Translations under genes and position numbers: made by a program
In this document: positions 49,125 to 58,121 of the stretch, piece after piece
Numbering within the stretch: position 1 is the stretch's first letter
Layout: every line of letters begins with the position of its first letter
The notes under the pieces: model-generated
The model's database searches: none
The model's input: the letters and a program-made list of their open reading frames with translations, nothing else
Told to the model about the DNA's origin: nothing
Assembly (NCBI GenBank): GCA_040756235.1
Contig: JBFLZG010000126.1
Coordinates: 161,564 to 225,563, forward strand
Source of the DNA: a bacterium
GTDB lineage: Bacteria; Desulfobacterota; DSWW01
Reading direction: 5' to 3'
Length of the DNA stretch: 64,000 bases

Positions 49125-50186
49125 TTGGACCCGACCATCCTCCGCAAGCTCGAGCACATACGGATCTGCCTCGAGGAGGACGTGGAGCTCGGCGAGAGCT
49201 TTCTGGACGACGTAACGCTCATGCACCAGTGCCTTCCCGAGCAGCGTCTGGAGGACGTGGACACCTCCTCGAATTTCCTCGGGAAGCGGCTCGAGCTTCC
49301 CCTGGTGATCGCCGCCCTCACGGGGGGATGCCAGGAAGCCGAGCCGATCAATCGCGCGCTTGCGGCCGTGGCCGCCCGCACCGGGATCGCCTTCGGCGTG
49401 GGCTCGCAGCGGGCCATGCTCGAGACCCCTGCCCTGCTGCCGACTTTCTCCGTCCGGGACGTGGCGCCAGACATCCTGCTGCTGGGGAACCTGGGCATCA
49501 CAGCCATCAGGAAGTATCCTCCGGAGAAGGTCCACGAGGCGGTCCGCGCCATCGGGGCGGATGCCCTCTGCGTCCACATCAACGCCGCCCAGGAGCTGTT
49601 TCAGGCCGAAGGGGACGTGGACTTCGGGTCGTGTTCGGAGGCGCTCCGCGCGCTCTGCCGCGAGGCCCCCTACCCGGTGATCGCCAAGGAAGTCGGGTGC
49701 GGCATCAGCCGTGAATCCGCCCTCGCCCTTCAGGCCAGCGGCGTCTCGGCCATCGACGTCGGCGGCCGTGGAGGCACCAGCTGGGTGCTGGTGGACAGCA
49801 TTCGATCCGGAAGGGACGCCACCCGTTTTCTCTCCTGGGGCATTCCGACTGCGGTCTCCCTTCTGGAAGCGCGCGCGGCCGCCCTCCCGCTCATCGCCAC
49901 CGGGGGAGTGCGCAACGGCCTGCAGATGGCCAACGCCATCCGGCTCGGGGCCGACGTCTGCGGCATCGCCCTGCCCTTCCTCAGGGTCCTTCATCGTGAA
50001 GGCGAGGAGGGGCTCGAGCGGTACGTGAACGGGCTCAAGCGGGACTTCTCCTTCGCCCTCTACCTGACCGGTGCGAAGAACGTGGCGGAGTTTCGCACCA
50101 AGGGGTTCGTGCTGGGGAGCAGGATTCTGCAGTGGGCGCAGCAACGGTGTCTGCCTTTGCCCATGCTGTCGCCTGCGCCGCTTTGA
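49125..50186 (+). CDS. fni: Type 2 isopentenyl-diphosphate delta-isomerase (FMN-dependent)
   Basis: AAAGGA RBS then TTG; RKLEHI, LTGG, GSQR, HINAAQELFQAEGD, KEVGCG, GGRGGT, WGIPT, GGVRNG. Confidence 0.95.
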   Translation: MDPTILRKLEHIRICLEEDVELGESFLDDVTLMHQCLPEQRLEDVDTSSNFLGKRLELPLVIAALTGGCQEAEPINRALAAVAARTGIAFGVGSQRAMLETPALLPTFSVRDVAPDILLLGNLGITAIRKYPPEKVHEAVRAIGADALCVHINAAQELFQAEGDVDFGSCSEALRALCREAPYPVIAKEVGCGISRESALALQASGVSAIDVGGRGGTSWVLVDSIRSGRDATRFLSWGIPTAVSLLEARAAALPLIATGGVRNGLQMANAIRLGADVCGIALPFLRVLHREGEEGLERYVNGLKRDFSFALYLTGAKNVAEFRTKGFVLGSRILQWAQQRCLPLPMLSPAPL

Positions 50187-50203
50187 CGGTCGCGCCCCTC
50201 TGC

Positions 50204-50227
50204 AGCGGGTGTCGAAAAACACCCGCT
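50204..50227 (+). terminator. Hairpin after fni, possible terminator
   Basis: AGCGGGTGT-CGAAAA-ACACCCGCT 9-bp stem; no clear U-tract. Confidence 0.4.
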
Positions 50228-50364
50228 TGAGAGGCTGTTGAGAAACGGCCAGATGCAAGGCGCGTGAAATCCCGAGGAATGAGGCGTACCTGGCAGTACG
50301 CCGCAATGACGAGGGATGAGCGCAACGCCGCAGATGGCCGTTTCTCAACAGCCTCTCAAGCGGG
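50222..50364. repeat. Palindromic intergenic element (MITE/REP-like), copy 1
   Basis: Perfect 30-bp terminal inverted repeat, 50222-50251 and 50335-50364. Confidence 0.85.
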
Positions 50365-50402
50365 GCGGGCTTGCCCAAACCTCTCTCTTCCGACGTGCTG
50401 AC

Positions 50403-51821
50403 ATGCTCAAAGAAAAAGCTCGAATGCTCCGGAAGACCTACGTGGCGCTGGATCTGCTCGTCACGGCTCTCTCCCTGGTACTGGCGCTGCTCGTTCGGTT
50501 TTCGTTCGACGCCGCTCCGCCCAATTTCGAGCTGGTCAAGAAATACCTGGCCACACTCTATTTTGCCCTGCCGCTCTGGTACTTTCTGCTGCGCTTCAAC
50601 GGCCTGTACGAATCGCGCCGCACCGACAACGCGCTCAAGGTCTCCTGGATTGCCGCGAAGAGCGTGGCCGAGGGGATCGTGCTCCTGATCCTGCTCGCCT
50701 ATGTCATGAAGGTGGCCCCGATCAGCCGCTCGTTTCTGTTCCTGTTCGGGGGCATCAACGTATCTCTGCTGGTCCTGGAGAAGGCCCTGCTCAAGAAGCT
50801 CCTGCACGCGATCCGGGAGAAGGGATACAACTTCAGAAGGGTGCTCATCGTCGGGTCCGGCGTGCGGGCCCTGTCCGTCGCCCGAAAGATCCTCTCCCAC
50901 CGGGAATGGGGTCTGCAAATTTTCGGTTTCCTCTCCCACAGCCCGGCGGACGTCGGCAAGTCGATCGAGGACGGCGGGCAGGTCCTGGGGACACTGAGCG
51001 ATCTTCAGCAGGTCATCTCCTCCAGCCCGATCGACGAGGTGCACATTGCGCTGCCTCTCCTGAACCTCGACACGATCACGCGCATGCTCGAGATCTGCGA
51101 AGAGCAGGGCGTCCGCGCGCGGGTCATGCTGGACCTCTATTCCCCGACGATCTCCAAGGTCCACTTGGAGGACTTCCACGGGACTCCCATGCTCACCTTC
51201 ACGGCAAGTCCCGTGGAAAACTGGCAGATGTTCCTCAAGGCGGCGCTGGACCGTAGCACAGCCCTGGTCATGCTCTCGGTCCTGTGGCCGCTCTTTCTGA
51301 TCGTGGCGCTGCTCATCAAGATCGACTCGGCGGGACCCGTCTTCTTCGTCCAGGAGAGGGTCGGACTGTACAAGCGCCGGTTTCGCATGTACAAGTTCCG
51401 CACCATGGTGGACCGCGCCGAGGAGCTTCTGCCGGAGCTCTCCGGCCTGAACGAGCTCTCGGGCCCGGTGTTCAAGATGAAGCGCGACCCGCGGCGCACC
51501 CGTGTCGGCCGGATCCTGCGCATGGCGAGTCTGGACGAGCTTCCCCAGCTGCTGAACGTGCTGCGGGGGGAGATGAGCTTCATCGGCCCGAGACCGCCCA
51601 TTCCCTCGGAGATCGCGCAGTACAAGCCGTGGCAGTACAGGCGGCTCAGCATGAAACCCGGGATCAGCGGGTTATGGCAGGTGAGCGGAAGAACCGAGCT
51701 GGACTTCGATCGCTGGATGGAACTGGATCTGTTTTATATCGATCACTGGTCCCTGAAGCTCGACTTCATGATCCTCTTGAAGACCTTGCCGGCGGTGTTG
51801 CTGGGACGCGGCGCATCCTGA
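50403..51821 (+). CDS. Priming polyprenyl-phosphate glycosylphosphotransferase (WcaJ/WbaP family)
   Basis: Four N-terminal TMs, RRVLIVGSG, YKFRTM, DPRRTRVG, SLDELPQLLNV, KPGISGLWQVSGR. Confidence 0.93.
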   Translation: MLKEKARMLRKTYVALDLLVTALSLVLALLVRFSFDAAPPNFELVKKYLATLYFALPLWYFLLRFNGLYESRRTDNALKVSWIAAKSVAEGIVLLILLAYVMKVAPISRSFLFLFGGINVSLLVLEKALLKKLLHAIREKGYNFRRVLIVGSGVRALSVARKILSHREWGLQIFGFLSHSPADVGKSIEDGGQVLGTLSDLQQVISSSPIDEVHIALPLLNLDTITRMLEICEEQGVRARVMLDLYSPTISKVHLEDFHGTPMLTFTASPVENWQMFLKAALDRSTALVMLSVLWPLFLIVALLIKIDSAGPVFFVQERVGLYKRRFRMYKFRTMVDRAEELLPELSGLNELSGPVFKMKRDPRRTRVGRILRMASLDELPQLLNVLRGEMSFIGPRPPIPSEIAQYKPWQYRRLSMKPGISGLWQVSGRTELDFDRWMELDLFYIDHWSLKLDFMILLKTLPAVLLGRGAS

Positions 51822-51877
51822 ACGCGCCTGCCGCCGGAGCCTGAACGGCCTGCGGTGGGACGTTCTTCGCCCGCCTG

Positions 51878-52996
51878 TCAGGCCATTTCTCGGAAGAGCC
51901 TTCCCCACTTGGTCTCCAGCATCTGGCGCACCCGTTTTTTCCCGATCACAGGATACCAGAAGGCATCGTAATATCCGCGCGACGCCAGGTAGGACCACGG
52001 CACGATCCGCGTCCTGAGCAAGGTCTTCTCCAGCGGGTTGAGGAGCCCGTGGTAGATCATCTTCTGGCCCCGGCTGGCAAAGTTGTCCGTGCTGCGAAAA
52101 TGCCAGTTGACCTCGGACACGTCTTCGCCCACGAGGTCGATCTCCCGCAGGTCCCCGCAGCCCAGTCCGTTCTCGTGCGCCAGCCGGATGAACTTGAGGG
52201 ACAGGGGATCGAATCCCATCATGTGCGCGGCGACGGCATCGATGGCCACCATGTCTCCGCTGGCCAGGATGTAGTCCTTCTCGTAGGGGACCATGGCGCG
52301 CGGCCCCGCGCCGTCGCCGACGAAAGTTCCGTCCATCACGGCGAACAGGCCGCTGAAGATCTCCTTCTGGATGGTGAGCAGATCGACCAGGGTTTCATGA
52401 ATGGTGGCGTGCGCCCAGTGGCGCTCATGGTGCAGGAGCGCCCCGAAAGCGTTCTTCATGGCACCGGTCATGGTGGTGAAGACGTGGGTTTTCATGGTGG
52501 GAAGGTGCAGGATGTTCTCTCCGAAGAACCTCTTCGGTATGTAGAGCCCCTGCGGGAATACCTCGTGCAGGGTCAGCATCTTCCCCCTGGGCTCATAGCG
52601 CACCCATTCACCCTTCTCCACGAGGGCGCGAAACTCCGACAGCCGCTCCGGCTGGAGGTGGACGTTTTCCAGACCGTACTTTCCGACCACGATCTGCTTC
52701 TGCTTGTTGTTGACCTCCCCGATCTTGCCGTCCACCACGACCGTGCGGTTGTGGCACCCGTAGAGGTTCTCTTTCGGAAAGCCGTCCTCGAGGAGCGTTC
52801 GGATCACCCCGTCCAGCTGCCACGGCGTGGTCGAACATCCCGGGAAGAAGAGCTGCCAGGAGACGTTGATCTTGAGACAGACCCTGCGGTCCTTGGCGAG
52901 GAATCTCTCGTGTTCCGCCATGCGCATGAGTCGCCCGTAGTCGCCGACCACCGTCTCCGGGCAGGTTTTGAGGATCGCTACTCTGGATTTCGGCAT
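51878..52996 (-). CDS. DUF362 domain protein
   Basis: LKIN, PTMKTH..TMTGAMKN, DG..GAGP, VAIDAV..MGFDP. Confidence 0.8.
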   Translation of the reverse strand: MPKSRVAILKTCPETVVGDYGRLMRMAEHERFLAKDRRVCLKINVSWQLFFPGCSTTPWQLDGVIRTLLEDGFPKENLYGCHNRTVVVDGKIGEVNNKQKQIVVGKYGLENVHLQPERLSEFRALVEKGEWVRYEPRGKMLTLHEVFPQGLYIPKRFFGENILHLPTMKTHVFTTMTGAMKNAFGALLHHERHWAHATIHETLVDLLTIQKEIFSGLFAVMDGTFVGDGAGPRAMVPYEKDYILASGDMVAIDAVAAHMMGFDPLSLKFIRLAHENGLGCGDLREIDLVGEDVSEVNWHFRSTDNFASRGQKMIYHGLLNPLEKTLLRTRIVPWSYLASRGYYDAFWYPVIGKKRVRQMLETKWGRLFREMA

Positions 52997-53276
52997 GGCG
53001 TGGCTCCCTCACCTCGACTCCAGGCCTGGGGCATCCGGGCACCTCGCGCGCACCTCGCACGCGCCGCGTGCCGGCTTGCCTTCATGCTTGTTTCAATTTG
53101 TTTTTCGTTATGATACTAAGGAAACCTAACACACGCGCTCCGAGGCCGTCAATGCGAAGAAGCGGCGCCCCTTCGGCTCGGGACGCCGGGGACGCCCGCT
53201 CGGTCCCGGCCAGGTCCCGGCAGGGTCGCGCGGCGTCTCAGGCCGGGTGATCTGCGAGAGAGGTGTTCATTTCCCC

Positions 53277-54368
53277 ATGATCATACAGTGTCCCCAGTGT
53301 CACCGGACGTGGTCGGTCGAGCAGGATTCGATTCCCCTGCAGGGAATCGAGATGCACTGCAGTCAATGCCAACTTTCCTTCACGCTGCGTGCCCACCGGG
53401 GGGCCGGCGGCGGCGACCCGGAGCCTTCGCTCGACCGGACCCGGCGGAGCGCGGCCGAGGAGGCCATGAGCCCTCCTGCCGCACCCCTGCCGGCCTCCGC
53501 CCCGCGACCGGAGATCCTCGGCATCCCCCTGAATGCTTTCCTTCAGAAGGATGAGATTCCGTATCCGGTCGTCCAGGCCTACCAGACCGGCCGCCAGGCC
53601 AGGAGCATCTTTGCGGACATCGGAGTTCCCCTCTCGAGGCCCGGGATTCGCATGGTCGACGATGACGCTGTGGAGCCCTACGGCGATCCGGAACCGTCCA
53701 GCCCGCTGCATGCCAGGGGAGGAGAGCTGGGGACCGCGCCGATTGCTCTGGAACAACGCAAATACCGGAAGGGACGGACGAAGCCGCTCCGCGTCTGGCC
53801 GATCGCATGGGTCGTCCTCCTGCTCGTGGGAGCCGTTGCCGCGGGCATCCTGATCCGCAAAGAGCTGCAGGATCGGACGCTCCCGAGCGCGTCGGAGCTG
53901 CTGGCCAGGGTTGCGGGCCTGCTGCCCTTCGGCGAAAAGGACGGGGGGAGCATCCAGTTCTCGGACCTGAACAGCTATTTCATCACCACGGGCAAGGGGC
54001 AGACGCCGGCCTTTGTGGTCGAGGGGAGAGTCACGAACCACTTCCCGGTGCCCTGCAATTTCGTCCAGGTCAAGGGTGTTCTTTTCGATCAGAAAGGGGA
54101 CCGCGCGGCGGAGGAGGTCGCTTACTGCGGCAACGTGCTGCGAAAACAGGACATCCAGACGCTCCCGCCGGAGAAGATTCAGCAGACTCTGCAGAACATG
54201 TCCGGTTCGGCTCTGTCGAACTTCAACATCGAGCCCGGGAAGTCCATCCCGTTCATGCTCGTCTTCTTCAACCCGCCGGAAAACGTCTCCGAGTTCAGCG
54301 TGGAGATCTTCCACTACCAGAAAAAGAAAGAGCCGGGGGCGGGAGGACCCCCTTCGGACCCGCTTTGA
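53277..54368 (+). CDS. Zinc-ribbon (MJ0042-type) + TM + DUF3426-like protein
   Basis: MIIQCPQC..CSQC, Pro-rich linker, single TM, VEGRVTN..PFMLVF. Confidence 0.8.
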   Translation: MIIQCPQCHRTWSVEQDSIPLQGIEMHCSQCQLSFTLRAHRGAGGGDPEPSLDRTRRSAAEEAMSPPAAPLPASAPRPEILGIPLNAFLQKDEIPYPVVQAYQTGRQARSIFADIGVPLSRPGIRMVDDDAVEPYGDPEPSSPLHARGGELGTAPIALEQRKYRKGRTKPLRVWPIAWVVLLLVGAVAAGILIRKELQDRTLPSASELLARVAGLLPFGEKDGGSIQFSDLNSYFITTGKGQTPAFVVEGRVTNHFPVPCNFVQVKGVLFDQKGDRAAEEVAYCGNVLRKQDIQTLPPEKIQQTLQNMSGSALSNFNIEPGKSIPFMLVFFNPPENVSEFSVEIFHYQKKKEPGAGGPPSDPL

Positions 54369-54395
54369 ACGACACCCGGGGCCGCCGGAGTCCGC

Positions 54396-54614
54396 TCAAG
54401 TTTTCTGGCTCTTCTTGGGGGGGGTGCTTTCCTCCGGGATCTCTTTGACGGACGGTGTGATGTCGATTTCTTCCGCCTCCCGGGTCGCCTTCTTGAAGTT
54501 GCGAATGCCCTTTCCCAAGGCTCCCCCGATCTCGGGCAGCTTTCCGGCGCCAAAGATGATCAGGACGATGACGAGAATGACGATGAGCTCCGTGGGTCCG
54601 ATCGGCCCCAGCAT
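54396..54614 (-). CDS. tatA: Twin-arginine translocase subunit TatA/E
   Basis: [44 protein letters not shown]. Confidence 0.95.
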   Translation of the reverse strand: MLGPIGPTELIVILVIVLIIFGAGKLPEIGGALGKGIRNFKKATREAEEIDITPSVKEIPEESTPPKKSQKT

Positions 54615-54913
54615 GGCTTCTCTCCTTACTTGCAGACAGTCCGGAAACGCCGGCCAGCGCGCCTGTTGCGAACACGGCGAAGTCGGAGATTGCGAGGCTT
54701 GGCGAAGCAACCAACCGAGTCAAGCCCCTGCGGCGTAGTGGCTACGCATGTCCAACCGAGAACCTCGCCTGCCCTGCATCCGGGCATTCCGGGCCCGCCT
54801 CTGTAATGAAATCGAGCCTCGCGCGACAGACTCTTGCCTGGTTGCACCGAACCGTGCAGAAACCTTGTGTAAGTTTAGGGGTTTCCCTGCGCAAATGCAA
54901 AGAGGGGCCGGGC

Positions 54914-55240
54914 CTACGCGCGAGACGTCCGGCCGAGGGCCCCCAGGCGGCTGGCGCCTTCGTCCGGGGTAAGGCCCTCCACCCGGATGCGTTTGCGGGG
55001 GGAGGCGGCTCCCCTGTCGATGTGGAAGCGGGAGACCGGAAGCCCGAAGGACCGGGCCAGCAGCCTGAGGCAGCTCTCGTTCGCGTCCCCTCGGACCGGC
55101 AGGGCTCGCACGCGGACCTCGAGGGCTCCGTCCTCCCGCAGGCCCGAAATCCCGTCTTCGCGGGACCGGGCCTTTACGCGCACCCAGAAGTAGAAGGGCG
55201 GCCCCTGCCCGCCTCCGCTCTTGCGTGCTGCCGTGCCCAT
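54914..55240 (-). CDS. DUF167 (YggU) family protein
   Basis: VRVKARSR, LEVRVRALPVRGDAN, GAASPRK. Confidence 0.82.
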   Translation of the reverse strand: MGTAARKSGGGQGPPFYFWVRVKARSREDGISGLREDGALEVRVRALPVRGDANESCLRLLARSFGLPVSRFHIDRGAASPRKRIRVEGLTPDEGASRLGALGRTSRA

Positions 55241-55272
55241 TTCGCTCTCCGGTGGCGCTACCCGTCGCGCGA

Positions 55273-56100
55273 CTATCGTGCGAGCTCGGCGGAGCGTTTG
55301 CTGGCCGCCTCCACCGCACGCATGACCAGCGCACGAAAGGCCCCTTCCTCCATCACCTTCAGCCCCGACATGGTGGTTCCGCCGGGTGAAGTGATCGTCT
55401 CCTTGAGGGAGACGAAATGCTTGCCGGACTCCGCGGCCATATGGGCGCTGCCCAGAACGGTGTGAAGAGCCAGCCGGCTGGAAACGTCCCGAGGCAGACC
55501 CAGATAGACCCCGGCGTCCGCAAGCGCCTCCAGGAACAGAAAAACGTAGGCCGGGCCGCTGCCGCTGAGCCCGGTGACGACGTTCAGATGGTCTTCCTTG
55601 GCAACCACGACCGAAATTCCGATGGTGTCGAAGATCTTTTGCGCGATGCGCCGCTCCGCCTCCACGACCGCCGGGCAGAAGTAGATGCCGGTGGTGCTCT
55701 TCCCCACGAGAGCGGCAGCGTTCGGCATCACGCGCACGACCTTGGCGCCCGCTCCGAGCCTGGCCTGGATCCATTCCGTCGTCACCCCGGCCGCAATGCT
55801 GATCACCAGCGCGTGCCGGGGCAAGGACCCGGCGATTCCTTCCAGGACCGCTGCCATCTCCTGCGGCTTCACCGCGAGCAGGACGACATCCGCCTCCCGC
55901 ACCGCTTCACGGTTATCCGTGTGTGCGCGCACGCGGCATTCGCGCTCCAGGATCTCTCTTCTCGAAGGGTCCGGGTCGCTCACGCTCACCTGGCCGGGCG
56001 CGAAGACCCCTGACGCCAGCAACCCGCGCACCAGTGCCTCACCCATCTTGCCGGCTCCCAAACAGGCCAGCTTCCATCCATCCTGCTCTTTCATCTTCAT
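55273..56100 (-). CDS. proC: Pyrroline-5-carboxylate reductase
   Basis: GAGKMG, LAVKPQ, SIAAG, RVMPN, SGSGPAY, TSPGGTT. Confidence 0.97.
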   Translation of the reverse strand: MKMKEQDGWKLACLGAGKMGEALVRGLLASGVFAPGQVSVSDPDPSRREILERECRVRAHTDNREAVREADVVLLAVKPQEMAAVLEGIAGSLPRHALVISIAAGVTTEWIQARLGAGAKVVRVMPNAAALVGKSTTGIYFCPAVVEAERRIAQKIFDTIGISVVVAKEDHLNVVTGLSGSGPAYVFLFLEALADAGVYLGLPRDVSSRLALHTVLGSAHMAAESGKHFVSLKETITSPGGTTMSGLKVMEEGAFRALVMRAVEAASKRSAELAR

Positions 56101-56125
56101 CCCGCTGACTCCTTCTCTGCCCTTC

Positions 56126-56818
56126 TCACGCCGGTCTCGCGCCGAACAGGGCCGATCCGATCCGCACCATCGTTGCCCCCTCTTCGATGGCGATTTCGAA
56201 GTCTGCCGACATCCCCATGGAAAGCTCTTTCAGACAGGCCTCCTCGATCCCCTGTCGCAGCAAATCGTCGCGCAGCGCGCGCAAGGCGGCAAAACAGGGC
56301 CTCGCCTGCTGCGGGTTCTCGAAAAAAGGGGGCATGGTCATCAGCCCCATGCATCTCAACCCGCGGATGGCAGAAGTCGCCTTGACCAGCTCGAAGACCT
56401 GCTCCCCGGCCGCTCCCGACTTCGAAGGCTCTTCGGAGAGACGCACCTGGACCAGGACGCCCAGGTCCCCTCCGGCCTCCCTCACATGCCGCCCGAGGGC
56501 TTCCGCGACCCTGAGGCTGTCCACCGTCTGGACCACGTCGAACAGGTGCGCCGCGGCCTTGGCCTTGTTGCTCTGAAGGTGGCCGATCATGTGCCACTGC
56601 ACCCCTGGAACCCTGAGCCCCTTCTTTCTCTCGGCCTCCTGGACGTAATTCTCGCCGAGGGCGCTCACACCCGCTTGAATGGCCTCCTGGATCTTCTCCT
56701 CGGAAACGGTCTTGGTGACGGCGATCAGTCGGACCTCCTCGGGGGAGCGGGACGCGCGGCGGGCTGCCCGGGCGATGCGCTCCAGGATGCACTGCAGGTT
56801 CTCATGGATCATCGACAT
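56126..56818 (-). CDS. yggS: PLP homeostasis protein YggS
   Basis: IAVTK, GENYVQE, WHMIGHLQSNK, GLMTM, LSMGMS, VRIGSALFG. Confidence 0.96.
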   Translation of the reverse strand: MSMIHENLQCILERIARAARRASRSPEEVRLIAVTKTVSEEKIQEAIQAGVSALGENYVQEAERKKGLRVPGVQWHMIGHLQSNKAKAAAHLFDVVQTVDSLRVAEALGRHVREAGGDLGVLVQVRLSEEPSKSGAAGEQVFELVKATSAIRGLRCMGLMTMPPFFENPQQARPCFAALRALRDDLLRQGIEEACLKELSMGMSADFEIAIEEGATMVRIGSALFGARPA

Positions 56819-56861
56819 GTCTGCGCCGCTCCGAGCGACGGGCACGCACTCTCCCTGAACG

Positions 56862-57461
56862 TCACCGGATACCGAAACGCTCGAAAAGCTCGGCCAGCCT
56901 CTCCAATGGCAAGCCGACGACGTTGGAATAGGAACCGTCGATCCTCTCCACCAGCCGCCCGCCCAAACCCTGAATCGCGTACCCGCCGGCCTTGTCATAG
57001 GGTTCCGGAGAACCCACGTAGGCCTCGATTTCGGCCTCGGCCAGCGGCCTCATCCAGACTTCCGTGCAGACGACTTCGCTCGAAACGAGTCCGCGCAGCG
57101 GGTGGAGCAGACAGATCCCGGTCATCACCTCGTGCTTTCTGCCCTGCAAGGTCCTCAGCATCGAACGCGCTTCATGGGCATCTTGCGGCTTCCCGAGGAT
57201 GGTGTCGTCTACGACGACAATCGTGTCCGCACCCAGAATCCAGTCGACCCTGCAGGGCAGGTCCCGTTGTCGTCCCTCCGCTTCCCGGGCTTTGAGCGTG
57301 GCCACCCGCAGGGCGTACGCGACGGGCGGCTCTGCGTTCCGGACGCCCTCGTCCACGTCACAGGGGAGCACCACGAAGTCTGTCACCAGGGACTTGAGCA
57401 GCTCGATTCTGCGCGGAGACGCCGAAGCCAGCAGGACCGCCATGTTCGACGACTCACCCAT
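56862..57461 (-). CDS. maf: Maf family nucleotide pyrophosphatase
   Basis: LASASPRR, GADTIV, GKP, DKAGGYAIQG, NVVGLP. Confidence 0.95.
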   Translation of the reverse strand: MGESSNMAVLLASASPRRIELLKSLVTDFVVLPCDVDEGVRNAEPPVAYALRVATLKAREAEGRQRDLPCRVDWILGADTIVVVDDTILGKPQDAHEARSMLRTLQGRKHEVMTGICLLHPLRGLVSSEVVCTEVWMRPLAEAEIEAYVGSPEPYDKAGGYAIQGLGGRLVERIDGSYSNVVGLPLERLAELFERFGIR

Positions 57462-57604
57462 CGGCTCCCCCTCCCCCGCCCTTCCCCCTCAGGGAGGAAG
57501 CGATCGGACCTCTCATAGCATCTTCTCCTTATGGGAAATCGCTGGCCGTGTCAACGAAGCGCCGGCGGGCGAAGCGCTTCCGCCGGCAGCAAGACCGGGC
57601 GACC

Positions 57605-57633
57605 TTGACCGTCCCGTACCCCTATGGTAGCGT
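57605..57633 (+). promoter_or_regulatory. Candidate sigma-70 promoter
   Basis: TTGACC-N17-TAGCGT with TG extension, upstream of yjbQ. Confidence 0.4.
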
Positions 57634-57675
57634 ACGGAAAGGGCGCTGTGGCAAGCAGGGAGGGCCGGTCGTACG

Positions 57676-58095
57676 ATGCTGCAAACCCTTTCCGTCACCT
57701 CTCGGAACCGCTGTGAGCTGATCGACATCACCGATTCCGTGCAGGAGGTCATCGCCCGGTCCTCGATTCAGGACGGTTCCTGCCTCTTGTTCGTCCCTCA
57801 CACGACAGCCGCTGTGACCATCAACGAAGGAGCCGATCCCTCTGTGCGCGAGGACCTCCTTGCACAGCTCTCCGTACTGGCGCCGCCCAACGCCGCTTAC
57901 CGGCATCGGGAGGGAAATGCCGGTGCCCATATCAAAGCGACGCTCGTCGGCGCCTCGGAACAGGTGATCATCCGCAAGGGGAAGCTCGTGTTGGGGACCT
58001 GGCAGGCGATCTTTTTCTGCGAGTTCGACGGGCCGAGACAGCGCAAAGTCAACGTTCTGGTTCATGCGGACCGAGCGAGCGCCAGCGGTTCCTGA
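57676..58095 (+). CDS. yjbQ: YjbQ/UPF0047 family protein
   Basis: PHTTAAVTINE, H.EGN..AHIK, LGTWQ..FCEFDGPR. Confidence 0.93.
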   Translation: MLQTLSVTSRNRCELIDITDSVQEVIARSSIQDGSCLLFVPHTTAAVTINEGADPSVREDLLAQLSVLAPPNAAYRHREGNAGAHIKATLVGASEQVIIRKGKLVLGTWQAIFFCEFDGPRQRKVNVLVHADRASASGS

Positions 58096-58121
58096 AACGC
58101 TTCATCGGGGAGACACAAGAG

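Noticed and set aside
50316..50402. N-terminal extension of the sugar transferase in the ORF track
   Set aside because: It is translated from the palindromic repeat; ATG 50403 is more plausible
48951..51179. 742-aa minus-strand ORF spanning fni and the priming transferase
   Set aside because: Shadow frame crossing a repeat element; no motifs
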